Assembly: GCF_001194135.2 (NCBI RefSeq) | Contig: NC_068981.1 | Coordinates: 31,661,855 to 31,725,854 of the forward strand | Direction of reading: 5' to 3' | Source: Octopus bimaculoides | Taxonomy: Eukaryota | Length of the DNA: 64,000 bases | Shown here: positions 41,046 to 53,650 of the stretch, one piece after another | Position numbering within the stretch: position 1 is the stretch's first letter | How the letters are laid out: every line of letters starts with the position of its first letter | Notes under the pieces: generated by a model | Told to the model about the DNA's origin: nothing | Database searches by the model: none | The model's input: the letters and a program-made list of their open reading frames with translations, nothing else | Program-made: the position numbers and the translations under genes

Positions 41046-41712
41046 AAGGAGGTACGAAGCATATGTATTAACAGCAAAATTGTTGTAATCATCTTAGAAT
41101 GTAATGAAAATGTTCTCGACACAGCTGATCTTTAATAATGAGAATTGTCAATAGAATAACCATACGTAGTTTTAATCTATATTATACGTTACATTACATG
41201 AGTACCACATGTGTTTTTGTGATTGTTATCAAATATTAATCGCTTGTTCAAAGATAGTTTTAAAACTCTTGCATCTACATTAGTGTATTTAAATAATATT
41301 AATTTTCCTCACAAAAGATCGACTCAAATGCAATCGTTTCAATATTGGTGAGCACAACGCATTCGGAGAATATATCTTGAAGCATATGGTTCATTCTTTT
41401 CTTTTATTCAAAAGTGTTTGCTGCGGATACTGAAAATGATATGCAAGGAAAGATGATGAAAAAATATGTATGCAACTTGTCTATAAATTTTCCTTACAAC
41501 ATCAAAAATTTATGGTATTTTATTGTGTTCCGTATAACCAGTGGAACCAGCTTAAAGTGTTCCCATGTTTCTAATAAAACTTTGCCAATTAACTTTGCTG
41601 AGTTCTCTTTATTATGCAATTTTCAATGAAAGTTAGTCAAATAAAGTAGAGTTTGAACCAAAACCCCAAGGAGAGGTGAGTACATTCCACTTTACCGATA
41701 GAATCATCAATA

Positions 41713-42063
41713 TTGTTGTTGTTGTTGTTGGCATTCCGTCGCTTACGACGTCGAGGGTTTCAGTCGATCCGATCAACGGAACAGCCTGCTCGTGAAATTA
41801 ACGTGTACCCATAACGTAGTTCTCGGGGATATTCAGCGTGACAAGGCTGGCCCTTTGAATTACAGGCACAACAGAAACAAGAAGGAAGAGTGAGAGAAAG
41901 TTGTGGTGGAAGAGTACAGCAGGGTTTGCCACCATCCCCTTCTTCGTGGAGCTTTTAGGTGTTTTCGCTCAATAAACACTCACAACGCCCGGTCTGGGAA
42001 TCGAAACCACGATCCTATGACCACGAGTCCGCTGCCCTAACCACTGGGCCATTGCGCCTCCAC
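41713..42063 (-). mobile_element. SINE family C, tRNA-derived head, (AAC)n tail
   Basis: Minus strand GTGGAGGCGCAATGGCCCAGTGGTTAGGGCAGCGGACTC...GGTTTCGATTCCC, with A-box TGGCCCAGTGG and B-box GTTTCGATTCC. The 3' end is (AAC)6. Confidence 0.9.
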
Positions 42064-43500
42064 AGAATAATCAATATAGATGCATTAAAAAATCACAACA
42101 TTTAAATGTTATTCCGTGGATACTGTCTCAGTTTAAAATTGAAGTTACTTTCTCCCTGATAATTAGCCTATAGATTACATTATTCATGTTTTGAAAGGGA
42201 CATAACTGATGAAAATAAAATACCAAAGATACGTTTTGCACATGAAAATTTTAACATATTGAAATATTATAATGAAGACATTGGAGAGCTATTAAAGAGT
42301 ACGTCCGTCTGCTAGAATTAGCAACCAGACTCCATTCAGATTTACCATACCGTTTTACACAAATCAAATAAACTTTACTGGTTAACGTAGTCCAAAAGAC
42401 ACTTTAAAATGCAGGATGGCCGTTGTTTGAATGCCTTGATGGTCTGAAATTCAACAACAGAAAGAGCAATAATAAGTACAGCAGCTGCAGTAGTAGTCGT
42501 TGTCGATGTCATCGTTGTCATCGTCATAGTACTCGTACTCGTAGTAGTATCATTTTATATTAAAGGAGTGTCACACTAAGGGTGACTGAAGAATATCTTA
42601 TCAATGGGTTCAACTTTCATTAACTACATTTAAGTCATAAAAGACAATTAGGAATACACAAAATTAGTGGTACAGTAGCTTAGATCAAACATAAGATGTT
42701 GGGTTTACTCATACACATAATAGACAGATGTATTTCTAAACTGTATCCATAAAATTCAGTTTGATATTCATGCACGAAATCTCTTTAAAAATATATTTAT
42801 TCATCTCATATGAATTAGTTTTTAGATATATGGTATAACAAAATGGATTGATTTTAACTGGCAATACATGTATACATTCACAACTACAAAATAAAGAAAA
42901 CAAATCAATAATAGATTTTTGAGATCGATAAGTCATAACGATGTCTACAGCATTCGACATATAATCTAACACTTAGTGTCATAGGAACTGGAAGAAACGA
43001 TTATAAATTCTTTTTTGTCTCTCGATCATTAACATAGCGATGCGTCTGCGATGCCAGTTGTAATACAATTATTCTCTCTGCAATTCTTATTTCAGGCAGC
43101 AAGAACACGTTTTTATAGAATATTATAATTATTTAACGTATTCGATGCTTCCACTTAGCATTAATTCTTACTTATTCCTCTCCCTCTCTTCCCTCTTTTC
43201 CTTTCTTACTATCTATCTATTTGTCTGTCTGGCTCACTCTTCTAGCAATGATTACTATTCTTTAGACATTAACCAACAATTCCTCCTACTACCAGAGAGT
43301 CAAGTTCCTTACATAAATGTTATCTTCATTCAACTACCACTGGGTAGATGGTATATTGCCCACCAGTAAAAACGATTTCAAATTCCTGCATCCCACTGAC
43401 ATATCTAGTAAATAATCTTTGTTATCGATGTTTCTGTTACTGAAGCTTCGCCGGACAATAGGACACACGAATTCTTTATTTTCTTTTGCTCAGCCCTTAC

Positions 43501-43587
43501 CTTTGGCAATGTAAGCAGTAGATTCCCCAAGAGATCATCTTCAGTTACAAAGAATGCGAGCCAATCTGCATCTGTTATTTTGTAGAT
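43501..43587 (-). CDS. Candidate 87-nt phase 0-0 exon (IYKITDADWLAFFVTEDDLLGNLLLTLPK), unidentified gene
   Basis: Acceptor gttatctcag| and strong donor AAG|gtaagg. Only one frame is open and the composition is protein-like. Confidence 0.5.
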
Positions 43588-44589
43588 CTGAGATAACATG
43601 CTTCCAGGCGTGTCCAGCTTTTATGTAATACTGTATTCCCAATGCTATATGACATTAATTTTCTGAACATTTTGTTTTTCAGTCATCTCTGTACTTAATG
43701 TATTGCAGCTGTTCTAAACAAGAGACAGAATCCCCAAGCTATAAGTACTGATTTCTGCATCAAAGACACTGGATTAATAACCAGAAGCATTATTGTAATA
43801 GTGTATTTCATTCTTCCGTTTTGCTCTAAATTATAGCAACATTTTCTCCGGATTTTCTCATTAGAAGAACAGAGAAGGACATCTGGAGGAAAGTTAAAAA
43901 GATTTTCAGTAAGCGAACATTCATTTCGCCATCTATATACACTATATACTTTGTATGCTTCTATTTAAACGCATGTTCACATGACGTTTAGCTTTACATA
44001 GTGGCATTGTATGCTATTATTGGTGCTGACAAGGTGCATTAAGTTTGATGAGTCATTGTTATGAGTTCCAATCCACTGCGTTGGATTACTACAGAATGCA
44101 GTGGGCAGCATTTTATGTTGTGAAAAGAAGAAATTATAATTTATCAAAGGAGAAATTATAAAAATGATAAAATGCTCGATTACACTAGGATTTGTTTCGA
44201 TTTATGGATAAAACGAATAGACTGCATTTTACTACTAATAATTCTGAATCTAAAACTGTGATTGCCAAGAACTTGCTAATTTGTGACTAAATAGCCGCTT
44301 TCAAACACTCTGTCTCTATCTTGTCTTGCCTCATCTCACTTTACACATTCTACATATGCACATAAATATATACACATTTATTCACACACATACACACACA
44401 ATGGACAGGTTGCTAGACAGAGGCGGGGATACAAACGCAGAGATAGTTAAGTAGACATAATATTTCATAGATTGATACGCGCATGTACGTGTGTATGTGT
44501 GTGCGTGTGTATGGAATCGCAGATGCACCCCTGATGTTCCGGTCAATTGAAGAGTTATCTCTCTTTATTCGGTTCGATTTGTCAATATA

Positions 44590-44850
44590 TTCTTTTACTT
44601 TCTTTTACTTCTCTCAGACGTTAGACTGCAGCCATGCTGGAGCACCGTCTTGAAGGGTTTTAGTAGAGTAAGTCGACTCACGGGCTTATTTTTTAAAGCC
44701 CAATACTTATTCTATCGGTCTCTTTGGTCGAATGGCTAGGTTACGGAGACGTAAACAAACACACCAATGCGAGTTGTAAAGTGGTGATGGGGACAAGCAC
44801 AAAAAGACACGTATATACATACACACACGCACACACACACACATATATAT
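44590..44850 (-). mobile_element. SINE family B, 3' half (split copy)
   Basis: Matches the 3' half of 53455-53856 and ends in the central TA/CA tract. Confidence 0.82.
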
Positions 44851-45327
44851 AATCAAAATAAGCAACAGGATATCAAGAGGTGATGCAGTACCACCGTTTC
44901 AAGCAGCTCCGTTAAAATTGCACAATGCAATCATTACATCAATTTCAATGCAGGGCTATCCTCAGCTGCATAAATAAATAGAATTTTTTAAACAGTTGGT
45001 CATATTAATATAATTTTACTCAAATTCTCTTATAGAGCAAGAAGAGGGATAAAGTCCATGTTGCTACTAATGTGATTCAGAACATACTACACTTCGAAGA
45101 ACTGTATGAAGTTTAATAGGGTCATAACTTATAAATGATTTTAGTTCGCTTTTAATTTATTAGTCTGTTTTTTTTTTTTTTATCAGCAACCAAATCTAAG
45201 GCTAGAGTACAGTGTGTGTTTAGAATGGGTAGAGAGAGAGTGAGTTGACTGTTTATAGTTGGGTATGGTCATAAATATTGTCAGGATTTAGAAAACGTAT
45301 AAGTAAGTGTCTATAAAGGACGCTGGG
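44851..45327 (-). mobile_element. ~477-bp non-coding insertion with 3'-proximal hammerhead motif, TA-flanked
   Basis: Lies between the two halves of one SINE B copy and is flanked by (TA)n on both sides. No ORF. Confidence 0.65.
44883..44971 (-). ncRNA. Type I hammerhead ribozyme motif with canonical core
   Basis: Stem I ATGCAG/CTGCAT (6 bp); CTGAGGA; stem II AGC/GCT closed by T.T with a ~50-nt loop; GAAA; stem III AC-GGTG-GT; GUA cleavage triplet. Confidence 0.7.
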
Positions 45328-45497
45328 TATATATATATACGACGGGCTTCTTTCAGTTTTCGTTTACTAAATCCACTCAGAAGACTTTTGTCGCCTCGAA
45401 GCTATGACAGAAGAAATTTGCCCAAAGTGCCACGCATTGAAACTGAACCAGGAGCCATGTGGTTGGGAAGCAAGCTTCTTACCACACAATACTCAGA
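45328..45497 (-). mobile_element. SINE family B, 5' half (split copy)
   Basis: Minus strand tgtgtggtaagaagcttgcttcccaaccacatgg...GGTTCAGT (B-box-like)...GGCACTTTGGGCAA (CORE-domain-like). Confidence 0.85.
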
Positions 45498-45509
45498 ATA
45501 TTATTTGAA

Positions 45510-45795
45510 ACTTTGGCACAAGGCCAGCAATTTCGAGAACGAGGCTAAATCGATCACAGAGACCTCAGTGCTCAACTGGTACTTATTTTATCGACTACAA
45601 AAGATTGAAAAGCATAATCAATCTCGGTGAAACATGAACTCAGATCGTAAAGACGGACAAAATGCCGATAAGCATTTCTAAAGATAAGCATTTCTAAAGA
45701 TAAGCATTTCTAAAGATAAGCATTTCTAAAGATAAGCATTTCTAAAGATAAGCATTTCTAACCGGCTTTCTAACGATTCTGTCAGCTCGCTGCCT
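45510..45795 (-). mobile_element. SINE family A with internal tandem expansion
   Basis: Complete family A layout with a 16-bp unit amplified in the head. Confidence 0.85.
45667..45761. repeat. Minisatellite, 6 x GATAAGCATTTCTAAA
   Basis: Units start at 45667, 45683, 45699, 45715, 45731 and 45747. The last unit is 15/16. Confidence 0.97.
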
Positions 45796-45814
45796 TATAC
45801 TCAGCATGCACATT

Positions 45815-46146
45815 CTTTTCTGCTCTAGGTGCAAGACCCGAAATTTTTGGGGAGGGGCCAATCGATTAGATCAACCTCAGTACGCAATTGGTACTTAATT
45901 TTATCGACCCCGAAAGGATGAAAGGCAAAGTCGACCTCGGCGGAGTTTGAACTGAGAACATAACGGCAGACGAAATACTGCTAAGCATTTCGTCCGGCAT
46001 GCTAACGTTTCTTATTCCTTTATTGCCCACAAGGGGCTAAGCATAGAGGGGACGGACCAGGACAGACAAAGGGATTAAGTGGATTATATCGAGCCCAGTG
46101 CGTAACTGGTACTTAATTTTATCGACCCCGAATGGATGAAAGGCAG
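45815..46146 (-). mobile_element. SINE family A dimer (second unit 5'-truncated)
   Basis: Has the same linker (ttattgcccacaaggggctaa...gacagacaaagggattaag) and junction as 4661-5065. Confidence 0.88.
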
Positions 46147-46843
46147 GGTATGAACATCACAGCTATGAGATATCTCTAATCCATCGTCACGGTATAGTTT
46201 AATGTCATGAAAAGAGAAATGTCATCTTAGCATATCTAATATAAAGAGACGTAAAGAATGCGTGTGCGTGTGCGCGCGCCGAAATATGTGTGTGTGCCAA
46301 AATATGTGTGTGTGTGTACGTTTGAATGTGTGTAACCTAATGAATTATTAGAAGATTGTAAGAGGGAGTACTGAATTATATTCTTAATCGAGTAATAAAT
46401 ACTATAAAAAGGTAAACACACTTTGGAGGAATTTTGTGATATTTGGTATAGTATCTTTCAATATAGAAGGGGATGAGGACAATTGGTGAAGTTAGAGACC
46501 AAAATATTGTGTTAAGTTTCGTAGTATGTTTCCTTCACAAACGCAAACACGTACACATACACACAAACACACACACACGCACACTACGCAAGCACATACG
46601 CACTCATGGACTCGCGCAAACACACACGTATATATTTAGTCTACGATATTTAATTTCGCACATATCGATGAAAGCTTATATATGTGTGTGTTTGTGTTTG
46701 TGTGTTTGTGTGTGTGTTTGTATGTATTGTATGTATGATTAAGTGTATAGAATTAAGCATACGTACGAATATGTATCTACAACTATAATTGTATGGGAGA
46801 GGAGAGATATGCATAGACTATTTACACACATCATATATATATT

Positions 46844-46878
<35 letters not shown>

Positions 46879-47289
46879 NNNNNNNNNNNNNNNNNNNNNN
46901 NNNNNNNNNNNNNNNNNNNNNNNNNNNNNNNNNNNNNNNNNNNNNNNNNNNNNNNNNNNNNNNNNNNNNNNNNNNNNNNNNNNNNNNNNNNNNNNNNNNN
47001 NNNNNNNNNNNNNNNNNNNNNNNNNNNNNNNNNNNNNNNNNNNNNNNNNNNNNNNNNNNNNNNNNNNNNNNNNNNNNNNNNNNNNNNNNNNNNNNNNNNN
47101 NNNNNNNNNNNNNNNNNNNNNNNNNNNNNNNNNNNNNNNNNNNNNNNNNNNNNNNNNNNNNNNNNNNNNNNNNNNNNTATACATACATATATATATATAT
47201 GTATACATACATATACATATATATACATAAATACACACACACATATATATATATAATATATATATTTATATACCATACATACACACACA

Positions 47290-47333
<44 letters not shown>

Positions 47334-48145
47334 TATATCTTTACACCTGCAGCCAAATGTACTATTTACTCGTGGAAACGTTCATCATCCACCAAGTCAT
47401 ACCCTGTCCCGGAACTTAAAGCTAATTCGTTAATTATTCTCAATTTATGTGATTCACGTTTCTTCCATACTGGAAAATTGCTTGAGGCATAATCTTCCGT
47501 AAAACCGCGTTAATAAGTGAGTTCAACCATATTGTAATTTCTGGCAATTCACAAGAAGCATATATTTTTAATCAGCAATACTTGTTAGCATTTTTTCATA
47601 CAATAAACTAATGAATGACACTTTCTTAACTAAAACTTGAATAGAATCCTATAACATAGATTTTGCGCTCATTGAACCTCTGGTTTCCGACAAGATTGTA
47701 CAGTTTGAGAAGGAACAGTTAAATTAAGAGCATACCTTCTCTACACAAGCACACACACACACACAGATATATATATATATATATATAATTTCTCTGAAAC
47801 AAATGTTTCTACTTGATGAAAAGATTCGTTGTAACGTAAAAACAACTAAGCTATTACTTTATCCATGTCAAAAATACAATGTCCTTGATAAAAAGAATGT
47901 AAGAGTTATGTACTGGTTTGTAATGAATAAAAGTTAACTACTATTGAAATAAAATGAACATTTCAAATAAATAAGTTTTGTCAGAGAAAGAACAACTGTT
48001 TGTTATTTTGTACTTGTGTATGTAAGTAAAATACAAGCGTATTCACAAAGAGAATCGGCATTTGAAAATAAATAAGAAGGCACTTGAATTAATGTTAAAT
48101 AACGTTTGAAAATGTTTAAAATAATAGATTTTATATTCACACACG

Positions 48146-48176
<31 letters not shown>

Positions 48177-48532
48177 NNNNNNNNNNNNNNNNNNNNNNNN
48201 NNNNNNNNNNNNNNNNNNNNNNNNNNNNNNNNNNNNNNNNNNNNNNNNNNNNNNNNNNNNNNNNNNNNNNNNNNNNNNNNNNNNNNNNNNNNNNNNNNNN
48301 NNNNNNNNNNNNNNNNNNNNNNNNNNNNNNNNNNNNNNNNNNNNNNNNNNNNNNNNNNNNNNNNNNNNNNNNNNNNNNNNNNNNNNNNNNNNNNNNNNNN
48401 NNNNNNNNNNNNNNNNNNNNNNNNNNNNNNNNNNNNNNNNNNNNNNNNNNNNNNNNNNNNNNNNNNNNNNNNNNNNNNNNNNNNNNNNNNNNNNNNNNNN
48501 NNNNNNNNNNNNNNNNNNNNNNNNNNNNNNNN

Positions 48533-48581
<49 letters not shown>

Positions 48582-49147
48582 CACACACACGCATACATAT
48601 GCACACACATGCATATCCACATGCACATATGTATATAAATGGATTCGACCCCCCTTTGGACAAGTTTGGTAAGTGCATTCACTATACTGAAGAGTCGACT
48701 CAAGACGTGAAAAGAAACTAATAAAGGGATGGGTATCGTGTAGATAAAAACATCGGACGAATTACACCTGTGTCAAACTTCATAATAGACCGTGCTAATT
48801 ATATTTTGTTAGAATACTCAGTCATTTGAACCTATAATTCAATTAGATGGCCGTCTTGGGCCTCGATAATAACTCAAAGAAGGATGCAAGGTGTGCGCCA
48901 ATAAACCAGAAAATAAACACGCCTGCTGTGTATACAAAACGCACTTTGTTTTCCCAAGCGAAGGAACTATGGAAATAGTGTAATTCCTTTGTCGCAGATA
49001 CTCAAACAAAATGAAATGTCCACTGATTTTTATTCGTCCATGTGCTAAAAAAAAAAAGGCACAAAATATTATCATGCAAAGAAGTCATTGTGATATAGGT
49101 TTCACTCTCAACATCATTGAATATTTGAAATTTCCAGCAAACAATAA

Positions 49148-49269
49148 GAAGGCAAAGTTATAGTCGAAGTCAACCTCGGCAGAAATAGAACTCAAAACAT
49201 AAAGATAGACGAAATACCGCTAAATCATTTCGCCCGGCGTGTTAACGTTTCTGCCAGCTCGCCACCTTA
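49148..49269 (-). mobile_element. SINE family A, 5' half
   Basis: gtcaacctcggcagaa...gacgaaataccgctaa...ctgccagctcgccacctt. Confidence 0.85.
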
Positions 49270-50141
49270 TCCATATTTTTTTATGCTGAAAACATGTATT
49301 CTGATGAGCGAGGTAGCCCGGAATCCGCAGACCGAGCCTTACTGATGATGGATAAGTAAATAACCAAAACTAGCCGGTCAATCTAGAGAATACTCGGTTG
49401 GGTGTTCGAAGCGATTGCAGACGCAATCAAAATGCATGCTGTGTATTGTAACAGCATTGATGCATTTCATCTCCTATTTCTAGCAATGTGGGTGACTTGA
49501 CACCCTTAGTCACGCTTAGTTGACGACTATAATTTTCCTTGACGGTATTACATTGCAAATAACAGTTTATATTTATACATACACACATANNNNNNNNNNN
49601 NNNNNNNNNNNNNNNNNNNNNNNNNNNNNNNNNNNNNNNNNNNNNNNNNNNNNNNNNNNNNNNNNNNNNNNNNNNNNNNNNNNNNNNNNNNNNNNNNNNN
49701 NNNNNNNNNNNNNNNNNNNNNNNNNNNNNNNNNNNNNNNNNNNNNNNNNNNNNNNNNNNNNNNNNNNNNNNNNNNNNNNNNNNNNNNNNNNNNNNNNNNN
49801 NNNNNNNNNNNNNNNNNNNNNNNNNNNNNNNNNNNNNNNNNNNNNNNNNNNNNNNNNNNNNNNNNNNNNNNNNNNNNNNNNNNNNNNNNNNNNNNNNNNN
49901 NNNNNNNNNNNNNNNNNNNNNNNNNNNNNNNNNNNNNNNNNNNNNNNNNNNNNNNNNNNNNNNNNNNNNNNNNNNNNNNNNNNNNNNNNNNNNNNNNNNN
50001 NNNNNNNNNNNNNNNNNNNNNNNNNNNNNNNNNNNNNNNNNNNNNNNNNNNNNNNNNNNNNNNNNNNNNNNNNNNNNNNNNNNNNNNNNNNNNNNNNNNN
50101 NNNNNNNNNNNNNNNNNNNNNNNNNNNNNNNNNNNNNNNNN

Positions 50142-50174
<33 letters not shown>

Positions 50175-53100
50175 AGTGCACATGTGTCATGGCAAAGAAT
50201 GGCATCACTAAAGAAGGATAAAACAAAAGAATAAGGAATGAAATTTTAATAAATATAGGATAAACAAATTAGAAACAACTAGATAATTTGGCATTTAATT
50301 CAATATATACTATCACGAAATGTTTAATTAATTATCCTTCTTTGTCGTCAAAAGGTATAAGTAGTAAAAAAAATATCAAAATTAAAGTCAATAAAAACAA
50401 TAAAACAACATTCTCAATTTGAAACGAGAATTCGTTTAAATAATAAAGTATAATAAGAAAAATAAACCGAGTAAAAAAAATCAATGTATTTTGTTTTGTT
50501 TGAAGTCTCCGGTTTTGTTTGGTTATTTTTCAAGTATTTGTAGTGTGAAGTAATTGTCTTTAAACAGCGAGGGAATTACCCTATAAATAATTTGGGATGC
50601 TTTTCGAAGGAAAGTTTTCAATGGCAACTGATAGTTTGCATTTCCTTACTCTTATCTCATCTAAATATATAGTTTCTCATAACTCTAACTAAATTTATCT
50701 TTTTAAATATCAACAGCTTCAAAGAAAATGTTTAACATTAATCGAATGCTGTTATGAATAGTTAAAAAAAAGCAATCTTCGAGCCTCATAAACTCATGCA
50801 TAGAATCAATTTCGTCTAGTTATTCATTATTTCATCTCCAATTCAATTTAGGTTCTTTTATTTCTACTAGAAATCGTTCACTTAGTGATGAGAAAGAGTT
50901 AAAAGAAAAACAACTTCTTTTACATTAATATTTCATTTTGTGGAAAATACATCCTGATAAAACTTTATATGTGTATTTTTGCGATACATTTTAAACTAAG
51001 CACCGTTTGTGCAAAGAATAATTCTTTCACAGAAATAACAAGATTTTTTTTGGCATCCAACAGATCGACGTTGTAACAAAAATATTTTTTCTTGCGTAGA
51101 GCCTTTTATAAATTAGCAATTAACATCACCTGTTGATGTAGTTATTCTAATAACCTCTCTCAAAGCGTTTTTCGGAGTTATTTTTTCTCTTGAGCCATTT
51201 TCAATTTTTTATTGAAGTCAATAAATTGAATTTAAAAATTACTAAATTGGAGTTAAAACGTAATTATGCTGTTTTGCATAGTAGAGAGGTCTAAGCATGC
51301 CACTAGCAATCTGAGTGTATGATCCGGTTTCATTATTCGGTTCCAGAAAATTAAATTCTCATACGCTACTGGCATATTTAAGGTTCCCAAATTTCACACA
51401 ATCACATTTTTCTCTATGGCAAATTAAATATTGAGCTTGATATTTCATGTTGCATTGATCTTTTACGGGAACATAGGAATTGAATGAATCACGCATAGAA
51501 TTTTATTGAAGCATATTTCATTAATATTAGGAAAATGAAATATACAATAAGCAGGGAGAATTTGAACGCACACATTTTAAATTGTAATTTAGATATTTTG
51601 TATAATCAGCTATCTTGTGTGATGTATATTGCCTTTTATATTGGATATTTATACATAACAAATGATCTACAATCTAAACTTAAGCCATGTAGTGTTCCAA
51701 GAGTAAAGGGGAAAAATATAATAGGCTTTAAAAAATTCCCCTGTTAATGGATTAGTCGAACAGATTTTATGTTTGTTCTATTAGAGGGTATGAACACTGT
51801 GAATGTGAGATAATTTTCTTAAAGTATTAGTGTTGTATTTGATATCTTTCTCAAGGATATAGTTTGAAGAAAAGCAGCATATTAGCAATCTGAGGATAAC
51901 GTCCAATATTAATTTATATAATGAACGCTAAAAACGAGAGAACTGACTCCAGATTAATTAAGAGGTGACATAAGGGGGAAATAGATATTTCAGATAAGGA
52001 GATAAGAGCAGTTACTGCTTCGTAATGGGTTGAAAAGTGGATAAACTTCTGAGAGCAAAATGGTTTTGAAAACCATGGAGCCGTATTAATACATTAGTGC
52101 TAATAGATCAATTATAACTCAAATGCTTACGGATTTTCTTTCTACTTTGCCGTTTGACTTTATTACATATACATACACTCAGACACGCCTCGAACACACC
52201 GTAAATACACACATACACATGCACACAGATGTTTGAGGGAACATTTGAGCAATACTGGTGAGGAGATAAGAGTCAGTTTGACCACAATCTTAACAAATGT
52301 GACATAGCAACTGACCATTTCTGTCGTGCATTTCCAAAACTGTTTTGGAAATCAATTGATATCCATATCTTTCGTCTGTTCCAACAAGTTTGAGAGACTT
52401 TAACATATAAAATAAACATCACACTCCCTTCCTTCCTAAAAATAAATATCTTAGCGTGACTACTGCTACTGTCGTTCGGAAAGTCATTCAAAGTAAGAGT
52501 TAGGTAGACGCCTGGCCCTCATCTGACTTTCTTGCATGGAACTCTTGCTAATAAACACAACTCGCCGAGACCAATAACAAGTGTGTGCTAGCGACCTGTT
52601 CTATTCGTGACACAGACATATGTCTACATGAATATGTAGTGTACAAGGTATAATGAGATAAATGTGAGGCTAATTATATTGGTAGCACACTCCGGAAACT
52701 TCATACCAGGGTTAAGGAAAACGTTCGCGCAAACATTGAAAAATGTGAGGTAGCAACATCCATCTTAACGAACAAACGTGATATTAGTAACTGATAATCA
52801 AGTATATCCTCGTTAAGTAACATAAATAAGAAATTAACAATAGAGTCGAACTGACTTTTCTAACAATATGACTTTTCTAACTACTTCACTTCAAATACTC
52901 TTTCCCAACTCATCTTTTCTCAATGTTCTCACTTATTTCTCGATCATATTTACTGTATCGCTACAACATATTTTGCAACGCCTGAGAGCTTACTACAAAA
53001 ATGCTGCTTTTAAACCCCAAATACCAATTGTTTAATATTACCGTACAGTTCAGGCATTATTCAATGGCTCTCCACCCACTCTTTCAAACATCTGCTCTAA

Positions 53101-53454
53101 CATGTCATGACCCACACACTATTCGCTGCTACTGATACTTTCTATTTCAACCAACCACAAATATAAATTCATTTTTTCGTCTCAACGTCCTGAGAATAAC
53201 ACATTTCTCTACACTTTGGATGTTTGCTTCTATTTAATAAAGTGAACGTTCCCGAAATATTACAGAATTTTTAAGTTAACACAATATTTTGGCCTTTTTA
53301 TATTTTTCGTACATTGCACAAAGTTGTTTTCAAGCTTTTATTTTATTTGCCGATTAAAATGCTTCAGCCAAATTTCTACTTCATCTTTTATATGCATCAA
53401 AATCAGTTATTGAGTGTGTAGTATAAGTTACTACGTCAAATTTACGGCTTACGG

Positions 53455-53617
53455 CTGAGCCTTGGCTATGTGGTTAGTAGCTTGCTTACCAACCACATAG
53501 TCCCGGTTGCACCTTGTGCAAGTGTCTTCTACTGTAGCCACGGGCCGAGCAAAACATTGTGAGTGGATTTGGTAAACGGAAACTGAAAGAAGCCCGTTGT
53601 ATATATGTATGTATGTT

Positions 53618-53650
<33 letters not shown>

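Noticed and set aside
41990-42063. tRNA gene
   Set aside because: A and B boxes are present, but the sequence continues into a SINE body and (AAC)n tail, so it is a tRNA-derived SINE head.
45667-45761. CRISPR-like array
   Set aside because: The units are directly adjacent with no spacers, the context is a eukaryotic SINE, and there are no cas genes.
48687-48712. CTGAAGA-GTC-gactcaa-GAC-GTGAAA
   Set aside because: There is a 2-nt insertion before GAAA and no stem I, stem III or cleavage triplet.
7474-52395. Further short AG...GT open segments on the minus strand (e.g. 7474-7530, 17374-17396, 47370-47414, about 52313-52395)
   Set aside because: Their phases do not chain consistently and no motif was recognised; such segments are expected by chance in AT-rich DNA.
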